Shown here piece by piece: positions 29,059-37,585 of a DNA stretch of 64,000 nt (position 1 is its first letter; each line of letters starts with the position of its first letter). The stretch comes from an uncultured delta proteobacterium. Lineage in GTDB: Bacteria; Myxococcota_A; Polyangia; Polyangiales; Houyiibacteriaceae. Below the pieces are notes generated by a model. The model saw only the letters and a program-made list of their open reading frames with translations, had not been told where the DNA came from and searched no databases. The translations under genes and the position numbers were made by a program. The stretch is from positions 224,001 through 288,000 of the forward strand of contig CAVOVB010000003.1 of the NCBI GenBank assembly GCA_963699755.1, written 5' to 3'.

Positions 29059-29310
29059 GTTGGTGCGCCTTCACCGGTGCTCGGTGGCGGAAATGCAGAG
29101 CAATTCAGATTGAAGGCCTGGCGTCGCGACGGCGGTCCGGGGATCTTGATGCACCACGAGTCGTTGACGGGATTCGGACTGCTCGCCCGTCCAGAGTCCG
29201 CGCGCTCAAGCTCCGCGCTGTTCGAAGATCGCTCCGAGCGAAGCCCGACGTCCGAAAAGATCCAATGATGCGCTGGAACCGGACGCGCGACCTGAGGGGA
29301 CGGGAAAAAC

Positions 29311-29970
29311 CTACTGAATGAGGATCGTGCCCGAGCCGACGCGTGGGGTTGTCCCGAGATCGACACAGGTGCCGTCGATCTGAATGACTTCGCCGTTTTC
29401 GATCAGTGTTCGGTCGTACGGCTCATTGACGCCGCAGGGACGAGCGTCAGGCTCGTCGGAGCATTGGGCGAGGTCGAAGACCACCGAGCGCGCGTCGCAA
29501 TCAAGGCCACACAAGGTCAGCCTCATGAAAAAGCGGCCTCGCGTGCCTGGGTCGGTTTCGAGCAGGAGCGAGATCACTTCGTTCCCGGGGGTCTCGACCT
29601 CGTCGACGAAGACCACGTCGCTAGGCGTTGAGGTGTTGACCAGCTCGACCTTGACGCGGCGCGTGGCGCGATTGACGGTGACCTCGGCCTCGATCGGTGC
29701 TCCCGGGCTCGCCTGGGCCTGCCCCACCGTGGATTGCACCGCGATGCCCGTGAGCAGGAAGATGGGCGGGCTCTGCGCGGGCAGGTCCGGCTGGTCGGCG
29801 GGGAAGCTCGGCTGAATGCAGCCGCCGCCCACCCCGCCGTCGAAGCCGATGTTGATCACGTTCGTGGGCTGACGTGCGCCGCCGCCGGCATCCTTACAAC
29901 TGATCAGAAACGAGCAGACGACGGGAATGAAGAAGAGAGCTAGCGCGGAACGCAGTGGATTAAGTTTCAT
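29311..29970 (-). CDS. Hypothetical lipoprotein
   Basis: AAGGA RBS; MKLNPL...LISC lipobox. Confidence 0.8.
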   Translation of the reverse strand: MKLNPLRSALALFFIPVVCSFLISCKDAGGGARQPTNVINIGFDGGVGGGCIQPSFPADQPDLPAQSPPIFLLTGIAVQSTVGQAQASPGAPIEAEVTVNRATRRVKVELVNTSTPSDVVFVDEVETPGNEVISLLLETDPGTRGRFFMRLTLCGLDCDARSVVFDLAQCSDEPDARPCGVNEPYDRTLIENGEVIQIDGTCVDLGTTPRVGSGTILIQ

Positions 29971-29995
29971 AACGGTCCTTTGGGGAGAATTGACA

Positions 29996-30024
29996 AGACT
30001 AGACGGACATGCCTTTGAGCTCAA
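29996..30024 (-). promoter_or_regulatory. Putative sigma70-type promoter
   Basis: Minus strand TTGAGC-N17-TAGTCT. Confidence 0.5.
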
Positions 30025-30033
30025 GGGGACTCG

Positions 30034-30663
30034 CTAGTCGGACGGCCTGACAGGAAAGCGGGTCGTGAATCCGCGCAGCTCAGCACTGATGCAATCGGTC
30101 GGCACCTCGACATCGCCGAGGACAAGAGAGATCTGCTCGAGTGCGAGGGCGAGCTCGACTTCGCTGGCGCCCTCCATCGCTGAGGTCGCGGTCGTTGCGG
30201 GGTCTAGCTCGATGCGATGCGGGCCCGCGACTCCGTTCTGGTCGGTGTCGAGCGTGAGGTCGAGGTCGTTGACCCCGTTCGTCAAGGAAGCTTCGAGCAT
30301 CGAAGGGGTCGCGCCATCGAGCGAGGTCGTGATCTCAATCGAATTGACGTCGATGACGTCGAATCCATCGTCGATCAAGGCGAGTGACGCGACTTCGTCG
30401 AAGATCACCGAAGCGGAAAAGGTCAGGTCGACTGAGGTGGCTACGGTGTACGGAGCGCTCAGCAGGTAGGCAAGCTCGATGGTAATGTCGAGAAGCAAGG
30501 GATCGCGGTCGACGGTATCGATCGTACAGCGCAGGGTATAAGAGCCTTCTTGCATCAAAGCGCTTCCGCCGCTTCCGCCAGCCCCGTGTGCTTCGCCATT
30601 GTCGTCGGCGCAGCTCCAGAGCACCGCAAGCAGGAGCAACGAACCATGACCGAGAAGCCTCAT
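30034..30663 (-). CDS. Hypothetical acidic beta-rich lipoprotein
   Basis: MRLLGH...LWSC lipobox, short Gly linker, one Cys pair near the domain ends. Confidence 0.8.
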   Translation of the reverse strand: MRLLGHGSLLLLAVLWSCADDNGEAHGAGGSGGSALMQEGSYTLRCTIDTVDRDPLLLDITIELAYLLSAPYTVATSVDLTFSASVIFDEVASLALIDDGFDVIDVNSIEITTSLDGATPSMLEASLTNGVNDLDLTLDTDQNGVAGPHRIELDPATTATSAMEGASEVELALALEQISLVLGDVEVPTDCISAELRGFTTRFPVRPSD

Positions 30664-30778
30664 CGCGCCGAGCTTGGCGCGCCGCGGGCCGGTCAGCAAT
30701 GTCACCGGCGAGGAACCTCATGACCGTTTCTGGCGATCCCAGGCGTCGGCACCGGTCGTCGCACCCTGTCGGAGGGTG

Positions 30779-30794
30779 TGTGAGCCTGCTCACA
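30779..30794. promoter_or_regulatory. CRP-type palindromic box
   Basis: TGTGA-GCCTGC-TCACA, perfect consensus, intergenic. Confidence 0.75.
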
Positions 30795-30842
30795 GAAGCC
30801 GCACAAACCGAGAACGCGCCCCGAGAAGGCATCGAGTTTGAA

Positions 30843-30872
30843 TTGATCTGAGGTGCCGATGCGAGGTAGGTT
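30843..30872 (+). promoter_or_regulatory. Putative sigma70-type promoter
   Basis: TTGATC-N18-TAGGTT. Confidence 0.5.
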
Positions 30873-30923
30873 CCTCGCCTCCCGTCTCTTGAAACTTGGG
30901 CACTGCCCTGCCCACTGAAATTG

Positions 30924-32729
30924 ATGTCGCAAAACTCCTTCATTCGAATGGTAGTGCTGTCCTCTGCCGCATTGTGCGCGGCATGTGACGGTGGCGGCCC
31001 CGCAACGTCAGCCACGGACGCCTCCGACGAGACCGAGATCAATCTCGTCATTTCTGATCCAGCGACGGCAGCGGAAGATCTCGCGATGCTGATCGATTTC
31101 GTGAGCTACCGGATCAGCTGTCCAGCAAGCGGCGAGACCCCTTACGACGACTCGGTCGACATCAGCGGGGTCTTTGAAAGCCATCTGGATCAAAACCCGG
31201 CGGTTTGGACATTGGTTTCAGACCTTCCGCTTTCGCAGTGCACGATCGCGCTCTGGGTCTTCTACGAGGACGAGGTCGTCTGCTCGGGGAGTCAAGCGCT
31301 GCTCATCGCGGAGAACGAACCCTCGGCGCCCAACAAAATCAACATCGACCTCGAGTGCAGTCTCAGCGTGATCCCGCCGTCGGGCGACCTGGACATCGAC
31401 AGCTCGTTCAACCTGGTACACGGCAACTACTGCCCACAGCTCTTTTGGCTGGGCGCGTATCCATCACCCGACCCGACGGTGATGAACGTCCAGACTTCGT
31501 ACATCGACCTCGACGGCACCTGTGGTCAGAACTGCGATCCGACGATCTGCGATTTCACCGCGAACCCTCCGGTCTGTAACCCGGCTCCGGACCCCGGCCT
31601 GTCCAGCACACTCACCGCGCCGGCTGGCAATGGCAGCTTCGGTGACGTCACCGCGACCGACACGACCTATGCCTGCGACCCGCTCTTGCCAGGTCCAACC
31701 GAGATCTGCGTCTTGGTGAGCGACGGGGACAACGACTGTGACCGGATGCGCTGCATCACCATCGAATGCCCAGACCTGTGTGAAGGCGTGGACTGCAGCG
31801 ATGGAAACGAATGCACGCGGGACCTCTGTAACCCGCTCGACGGCTCGTGCAGCAACGTCGACGCGCCCGACGGGATTGCGTGCAATGCTTGCAACGACAC
31901 CTGTCAGTCGGGTGCGTGCGACCCGGGCGTGCCGTTCACTGCGGTTCAGACGGGCGATGACATGATCCTCAGTTCCACCCAGCAGCAGTACAGCGCCACC
32001 CTGGTCAACCCATACAGCGGCGCATCGGTTCCGGTGAGCGGCAACTTCCAAGTGAACAACTCTTCGTACATGGGCATTGGCGCAGCCGACGTCCTCTCGG
32101 GGAGCTCCACAGGAGGCAACCGGAGCGAGATTCTGCTGATCCGAGACACCGTGTATCCCCAAACCGTTTGTGGTGTTGAAACCGTTCGTGGGCTGAATGG
32201 TTTCGACGTGATGTTCCTTGCCGACGATTTCATCGTGCTCATCGACATGCTGATCGAAGGCGGGAACACCAACGACATTCTATGGGCCAATGCGGGTGAT
32301 GATACGCTGCGAGGAGAGAACGGGACCGATCTCCTCGACGGCGGGCCAGGCAACGACATCATCGAGGGTGGGAACGGCGACGACACGATCACGCTCTGGC
32401 CCGGCAGCGGCTTCGACAGCATCTCGGGTGGCGACAACACGGACCGGGTGGAAATTGACGCCATCCAAAGTCAGATCACCATCGGCCCGGCGGCGAACCC
32501 GAGCTATGCGTTCGACCTCAGTTACCTCGGTACGCCGATGGCCCAGATCAGGGAGGTCGAGCTGCTCGTCATGAATGACGCGTTCATCGACCTGGCCACG
32601 TGTACGGGCGGCGCCGGCGACGTCTGCAAGCTCTGTGGCAACGATGCCCTCAACGGGGGCGAAGGTTGCGACGATGGCAATAACCTCGACGGAGATGGCT
32701 GCGCGGCGGACTGCACGGCCGAGTACTAA
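30924..32729 (+). CDS. Lipoprotein: N-module type B + RTX-like Ca-binding repeats + myxobacterial Cys-rich repeat
   Basis: Lipobox CAAC; GGNTNDIL, AGDDTLRGENGTDLLDGGPGNDIIEGGNGDDTI; C-terminal CGNDALNGGEGCDDGNNLDGDGCAADC. Confidence 0.88.
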   Translation: MSQNSFIRMVVLSSAALCAACDGGGPATSATDASDETEINLVISDPATAAEDLAMLIDFVSYRISCPASGETPYDDSVDISGVFESHLDQNPAVWTLVSDLPLSQCTIALWVFYEDEVVCSGSQALLIAENEPSAPNKINIDLECSLSVIPPSGDLDIDSSFNLVHGNYCPQLFWLGAYPSPDPTVMNVQTSYIDLDGTCGQNCDPTICDFTANPPVCNPAPDPGLSSTLTAPAGNGSFGDVTATDTTYACDPLLPGPTEICVLVSDGDNDCDRMRCITIECPDLCEGVDCSDGNECTRDLCNPLDGSCSNVDAPDGIACNACNDTCQSGACDPGVPFTAVQTGDDMILSSTQQQYSATLVNPYSGASVPVSGNFQVNNSSYMGIGAADVLSGSSTGGNRSEILLIRDTVYPQTVCGVETVRGLNGFDVMFLADDFIVLIDMLIEGGNTNDILWANAGDDTLRGENGTDLLDGGPGNDIIEGGNGDDTITLWPGSGFDSISGGDNTDRVEIDAIQSQITIGPAANPSYAFDLSYLGTPMAQIREVELLVMNDAFIDLATCTGGAGDVCKLCGNDALNGGEGCDDGNNLDGDGCAADCTAEY

Positions 32730-32731
32730 AC

Positions 32732-32747
32732 TATGATCTTCCTCACA
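32732..32747. promoter_or_regulatory. CRP-type box (1 mismatch)
   Basis: TATGA-TCTTCC-TCACA upstream of the 1504-aa gene. Confidence 0.55.
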
Positions 32748-32878
32748 GTGAATGGTGTACGTGACGCGACCACCCCCCTCGTTGGGGCTTGTCAGGTTCT
32801 ACCCATTGCTGCGATAACGAACCTCCCCGTTTGCGCGAGTGCCCCCTGCGCTCACGCCCCAGCATCCCGGATTGATCC

Positions 32879-35800
32879 ATGAGTCTACGCTTCATAGCTT
32901 TGGTTGCGCTGCTGTTTGTATTCGTCGCCGCATGCGACCAGTCGAATATCAGCATCGACGGAAAATCACCCACAGCCGCCGTGACCGTGACGGTTGCGCT
33001 GACGGCCTCCGAGGTTGGCGCCGCCACCCTGACGTACTGGGTCGACCATCCGACCGAGCTGGACACGCCGCTCACGGGAACAATCGGCGTAACCGATCCG
33101 ACTACCAGCTTTCGGCTGACGCAGCTTCCGGTCGCCAACGGCTACACGCTCGTCATGATCGCGTACAAGCCAAGCGGCGAAGCGTTCTGTGATGGGACTA
33201 CGAGCTTCGACATCCAAGAAGGCGTGACGACGATCGTGGACACGGAGCTCACCTGTCCGACGAGCGACACCTTGCCGGACGGCGAGGTGGGCGTCGACGT
33301 CACCTTCCAGCTCAACTTCTGTCCGGTGGTCGAAGTGATCGCGGCGACTCCGGAAATCACCGTCCTGATGAACCCGATCGCGTTGTCGGTGACGTCGAAC
33401 GACCCGGACAACACCGCAGCGCTCACCTACGCCTGGAGCGCGACGAACGGGACCATCACGAACCCAACCGCACCCAGCGCGAACTATATTTGCCAGACCA
33501 TCGGGGATCACACGGTGACTCTCGCTGTCAGCGACAGCGATCCGGCCTGTGACCAGGAACGCCAGCTTCTGGTCAGCTGCACGGCGGACCCGAGCTGCGG
33601 CAACGGAACCCGAGAGATCACCGAGTTCTGCGACGACGGCGTCAACGATGGCGGCGAAGGCGAATGCCTGAACTGCACCACGATTCAGATCTGTGGCGAT
33701 GGCATCCGGAACGGCGACGAAGAATGCGACGATAGCGGACAGACCGCCGGGTGCGACGTCGACTGTACCTTTGCGGCATGCCAGGACGGCACCTTGAACA
33801 TCAGCGCTGGCGAGATCTGCGACGATGGTGCGCAGTCCGCGACCTGCGACACGGACTGCACGGCGGCCCTCTGTGGTGATGGGGTCGTCAATACCGACGC
33901 TGGAGAGACCTGCGACACGGGCGGGCCCAGCCCGACCTGCACCGCGGAGTGTCTGGGCACCTCCTGCGGGGACGGCGTCATCAACCTTGCCGCTGGTGAG
34001 CAATGTGACGACGCGGGGGAGAGCGCCACCTGCAATCTCGACTGCAGCGTTGCCGTCTGCGGGGACGGCAAGGTCAACGCCACGGCCGGAGAAGCCTGTG
34101 ACGATGCCGGCGAAAGTCCGTCGTGTAACGTCGACTGCAGCGTTGCCGTCTGCCCCGACGGCATTTTGAACACCACCGCGGGCGAAGTCTGCGACGACGG
34201 TGTCGCGAACGGCACAGGCCCGGGGCTTTGCGAGCCAGGCTGCGCCGCGCCGAGGTCTTGTGGAAACGGCAGCGTCGAGACCGGCGAGGAATGCGACACG
34301 GGAACGGCCACGGCGGGCTGCGATGCCAACTGCACCCTGGCGATTTGCGGGGACGGTACGTTCAATGCCGCCGCGGGCGAGCAGTGCGATGGTGGGGGGG
34401 AGACTGGCTCTTGTGACACCGATTGCACGAACGCGATCTGCCAGGATGGGACCTACAACCCCTCGGCCGGCGAGGCCTGCGACGACGGCGGGGAAAGCGT
34501 GGGGTGCGACATTGATTGCACCCCTGCCGAGTGCGGCGACGGTGTCCGAAACGCCACCGCCGGCGAGGCCTGCGACGCCGGGGGCGAGAGCGCGTTGTGC
34601 GACGATGACTGTACGCTGGCTATCTGCGGAGACGGCAAGCTCAACACGACCGCTGGCGAGCTCTGCGACGACGGCGGCGAGAGCGCGACCTGCGACGATG
34701 ATTGCACGCCCGCGATTTGTCCCGACGGCAAGCTCAATACCACCGCGGGCGAAGCCTGCGATGACGGCGTGGCCGACGGCACGGGGCCTGGCTCCTGCGA
34801 GCCACTTTGCGCTGCGCCCGCGAACTGTGGGAACGGCCTGATCGAGACCGGAGAGATCTGCGATACCGCGGGCGAGAGCGCGACCTGCAACGCCGACTGC
34901 ACGCCTTGGCAGTGTGGTGACGGAAAGCTCAATGTGAGCGCAGGGGAGCAGTGCGACAAGGGAGGCGAGACCGCCACCTGCAATAGCGATTGCACCACCG
35001 CCCAGTGTGGCGATGGAAAGCTCAACGTCGCCGCGGGTGAGATTTGTGACGAGGGCGCGAACACGGCGACGTGCGATGCCGACTGTACGCTGCCCATTTG
35101 CCCGGACAACTTCTTGAACACGGCCGCTGGCGAAGAGTGCGATACGGGTGGCGAGAGCGCGGCCTGCGATGCCGACTGCACCTTCCCGGTATGCCCGGAC
35201 AACTACTTGAACGAGGCCGCAGGCGAGGTCTGTGATGACGGCGTTGCGAACGGCAGCGGCCCAGGCCTGTGCGAGCCTCTTTGTGCGGCCCCAGGCTCTT
35301 GCGGCAACCTAATCGTGGAAACCGGAGAGGACTGCGACCCCGGTACCCAGACCGCAAACTGTGACAACGACTGCAGCTTTGCCGCATGTGGCGACGGCGC
35401 GCTCAACATCGCGGCTGGCGAGCAATGCGATACCGGCGGAGAGAGCGGCACCTGTGATGCGAACTGCACCATTGCGGTCTGCGGCGACGGTACGATCAAT
35501 GCCGCGGCCGGCGAGACCTGCGACGACAGCGGCCAAAGCGCCAACTGCGACGTCGATTGCACCGCCGCTTCCTGCGGTGATGGCGTCACCAACACAGCCG
35601 CTGGCGAGCAATGCGACGATAGCGGCTTCAGCACGACTTGTGACAACGACTGCACCACGGCGAGCTGCGGAGACTCCACGGTCAACAGCCTCCGTGGGGA
35701 GACCTGTGACGAAGGAGGTCAGACCGCGACCTGTGACGACGACTGCACCGTTCCGCAGTGCGGCGATGGCAACACGAACTTCGCGGCGGGCGAGCAGTGT

Positions 35801-37393
35801 GACGATGCCGGAGCGAGCACCTTCTGCAACGCCGATTGCACGCTCGCGGCCTGCGGCGACCTCGATGTGAACCCCCTGGCCGGTGAGGAGTGCGACGAAG
35901 GTGGCGTCCAGACCGCGACCTGCGAGGCCACTTGCACCTCGCCCGCCTGTGGCGACGGCATTCCGAACGCACTGGCCGGCGAGACCTGCGATACCGGCGG
36001 CAACAGCGTCAGCTGCGATAGCGACTGCACGGTGCCGCTCTGTGGGGACGGTCTGACCAACGACTTGGCGAACGAAGACTGCGACGACTCGGGCGAGTCC
36101 GCTACATGCGACGCCGACTGCAGCTTTGCGGTCTGCGGCGATGCGGTGCTCAACACCCTGGCCGGGGAGACCTGCGACACGGGCGGCAACAGCGTCAGCT
36201 GTGATAGCGACTGCACGGCCCCGCAATGCGGCGACGGCTTGACCAACGCCGCGGCAAGTGAGGCCTGCGACGACGGTGGAGAGAGCGTCGGCTGCGACGC
36301 CGATTGCACAGCGGTGGTCTGTGGTGATTCGACCGTGAACACGACCGCGGGCGAGCAGTGCGACACCGGCGGCGTCCAGACGGCAAGCTGCGAGACCAGC
36401 TGCACCACGCCAGTCTGCGGTGACGGGACTCTGAACACCTTGGCTGGCGAGGCCTGCGACGATGGGAACACCGCCCCAGGCGACGGCTGTAACGCCTCGT
36501 GCGTGGTGGAGTTCTGTGGCGACAACATCGTCAACAACGTCACCGAGGCCTGCGACAGCGGCGGCGTCCAAACGGCAAGCTGCGAGGCCGACTGCACCGC
36601 GCCTGCGTGTGGCGACGGGACGCTCAACGCGCTGGCTGGAGAGGCCTGCGACGACGGGAACACCGCGCCGGGCGACGGCTGCAGCGCGACCTGCGTGGTG
36701 GAGTTCTGCGGCGACGGCAGCATCAACAACGGCGGCACCGAGGCCTGCGACGACGGGAACACCACCTCGGGCGACGGCTGCAGCGCGACTTGCGTGGTGG
36801 AGTTCTGCGGCGACGGCAGCATCAACAACGGCGGCACCGAGGCCTGCGACGACGGGAACACCACCTCGGGCGACGGCTGCAGCGCGACTTGCGTGGTGGA
36901 GTTCTGCGGCGACGGCAGCATCAACAACGGCGGCACCGAGGCCTGCGACGACGGGAACACCACCTCGGGCGACGGCTGCAGCGCGACTTGCGTGGTGGAG
37001 TTCTGCGGCGACGGCAGCATCAACAACGGCGGCACCGAGGCCTGCGACGACGGGAACACCACCTCGGGCGACGGCTGCAGCGCGACTTGCGTGGTGGAGT
37101 TCTGCGGTGACGGCAGCATCAACAACGGCGGCACCGAGGCCTGCGACGACGGGAACACCACCTCGGGCGATGGCTGCAGCGCCAGCTGCGTGGTGGAGTT
37201 CTGCGGCGACGGCATCGTGAACAATGGCGGCACCGAGGATTGCGACAGCGGCGTCGAGACGAGCATCTGCGACCTCGACTGTACCTTCGCCATCTGTGGT
37301 GACGGGACGGTGAACGCCACCAAAGGCGAGACCTGCGATGATGGCAACAGCGTTCCGGGCGATGGCTGTGATCAGTTCTGCATGACGGAGTGA
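32879..37393 (+). CDS. Giant Cys-rich lipoprotein: N-module + Ig/PKD-like + about 40 myxobacterial disulfide (DUF4215-like) repeats
   Basis: Lipobox VAAC; repeats C(G/P/Q)DGxxNxxAGExCDxGG...CxxxC from 33596 to the end. Confidence 0.92.
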   Translation: MSLRFIALVALLFVFVAACDQSNISIDGKSPTAAVTVTVALTASEVGAATLTYWVDHPTELDTPLTGTIGVTDPTTSFRLTQLPVANGYTLVMIAYKPSGEAFCDGTTSFDIQEGVTTIVDTELTCPTSDTLPDGEVGVDVTFQLNFCPVVEVIAATPEITVLMNPIALSVTSNDPDNTAALTYAWSATNGTITNPTAPSANYICQTIGDHTVTLAVSDSDPACDQERQLLVSCTADPSCGNGTREITEFCDDGVNDGGEGECLNCTTIQICGDGIRNGDEECDDSGQTAGCDVDCTFAACQDGTLNISAGEICDDGAQSATCDTDCTAALCGDGVVNTDAGETCDTGGPSPTCTAECLGTSCGDGVINLAAGEQCDDAGESATCNLDCSVAVCGDGKVNATAGEACDDAGESPSCNVDCSVAVCPDGILNTTAGEVCDDGVANGTGPGLCEPGCAAPRSCGNGSVETGEECDTGTATAGCDANCTLAICGDGTFNAAAGEQCDGGGETGSCDTDCTNAICQDGTYNPSAGEACDDGGESVGCDIDCTPAECGDGVRNATAGEACDAGGESALCDDDCTLAICGDGKLNTTAGELCDDGGESATCDDDCTPAICPDGKLNTTAGEACDDGVADGTGPGSCEPLCAAPANCGNGLIETGEICDTAGESATCNADCTPWQCGDGKLNVSAGEQCDKGGETATCNSDCTTAQCGDGKLNVAAGEICDEGANTATCDADCTLPICPDNFLNTAAGEECDTGGESAACDADCTFPVCPDNYLNEAAGEVCDDGVANGSGPGLCEPLCAAPGSCGNLIVETGEDCDPGTQTANCDNDCSFAACGDGALNIAAGEQCDTGGESGTCDANCTIAVCGDGTINAAAGETCDDSGQSANCDVDCTAASCGDGVTNTAAGEQCDDSGFSTTCDNDCTTASCGDSTVNSLRGETCDEGGQTATCDDDCTVPQCGDGNTNFAAGEQCDDAGASTFCNADCTLAACGDLDVNPLAGEECDEGGVQTATCEATCTSPACGDGIPNALAGETCDTGGNSVSCDSDCTVPLCGDGLTNDLANEDCDDSGESATCDADCSFAVCGDAVLNTLAGETCDTGGNSVSCDSDCTAPQCGDGLTNAAASEACDDGGESVGCDADCTAVVCGDSTVNTTAGEQCDTGGVQTASCETSCTTPVCGDGTLNTLAGEACDDGNTAPGDGCNASCVVEFCGDNIVNNVTEACDSGGVQTASCEADCTAPACGDGTLNALAGEACDDGNTAPGDGCSATCVVEFCGDGSINNGGTEACDDGNTTSGDGCSATCVVEFCGDGSINNGGTEACDDGNTTSGDGCSATCVVEFCGDGSINNGGTEACDDGNTTSGDGCSATCVVEFCGDGSINNGGTEACDDGNTTSGDGCSATCVVEFCGDGSINNGGTEACDDGNTTSGDGCSASCVVEFCGDGIVNNGGTEDCDSGVETSICDLDCTFAICGDGTVNATKGETCDDGNSVPGDGCDQFCMTE
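36692..37186 (+). repeat. Five near-perfect 99-bp coding tandem repeats
   Basis: Units at 36692, 36791, 36890, 36989 and 37088 encoding CVVEFCGDGSINNGGTEACDDGNTTSGDGCSA(T/S). Confidence 0.95.
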
Positions 37394-37466
37394 GCTTCGA
37401 GAGACGGCGTCGTGAACGTAGGCGCCGAGGTTGCGACGAGCGTATCAAGGACGGAACGGCTGCAAC

Positions 37467-37482
37467 TGTGAGCTGGCTTACA
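37467..37482. promoter_or_regulatory. CRP-type box (1 mismatch)
   Basis: TGTGA-GCTGGC-TTACA upstream of the Ada/AlkA-like gene. Confidence 0.6.
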
Positions 37483-37585
37483 CAAGCCGACCTGCGAGTA
37501 GATGTAGGTGAGCGATTTCATGCCCTTGGCGTCCGAAAAGCGCTAGGGGTATCGCCGAAAACGGTTTACTCTCTTAGTCCCCGTT

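Noticed and set aside
28858..29310. Riboswitch or ncRNA in the long intergenic regions (also 13501-13890 and 26240-26590)
   Set aside because: No recognisable aptamer consensus by eye; the space is partly explained by promoters and operator boxes. An Rfam scan is needed to exclude it fully.
36692..37186. 99-bp tandem array (and the 27-bp array at 4314-4448) as a CRISPR array
   Set aside because: No unique spacers, unit lengths are multiples of three, both lie in frame in long ORFs, and no cas genes are present.
12103..37393. Island as a prophage or mobile element
   Set aside because: No integrase, transposase, phage genes, flanking tRNA or obvious composition shift; a paralogue and the same operator boxes occur outside it.
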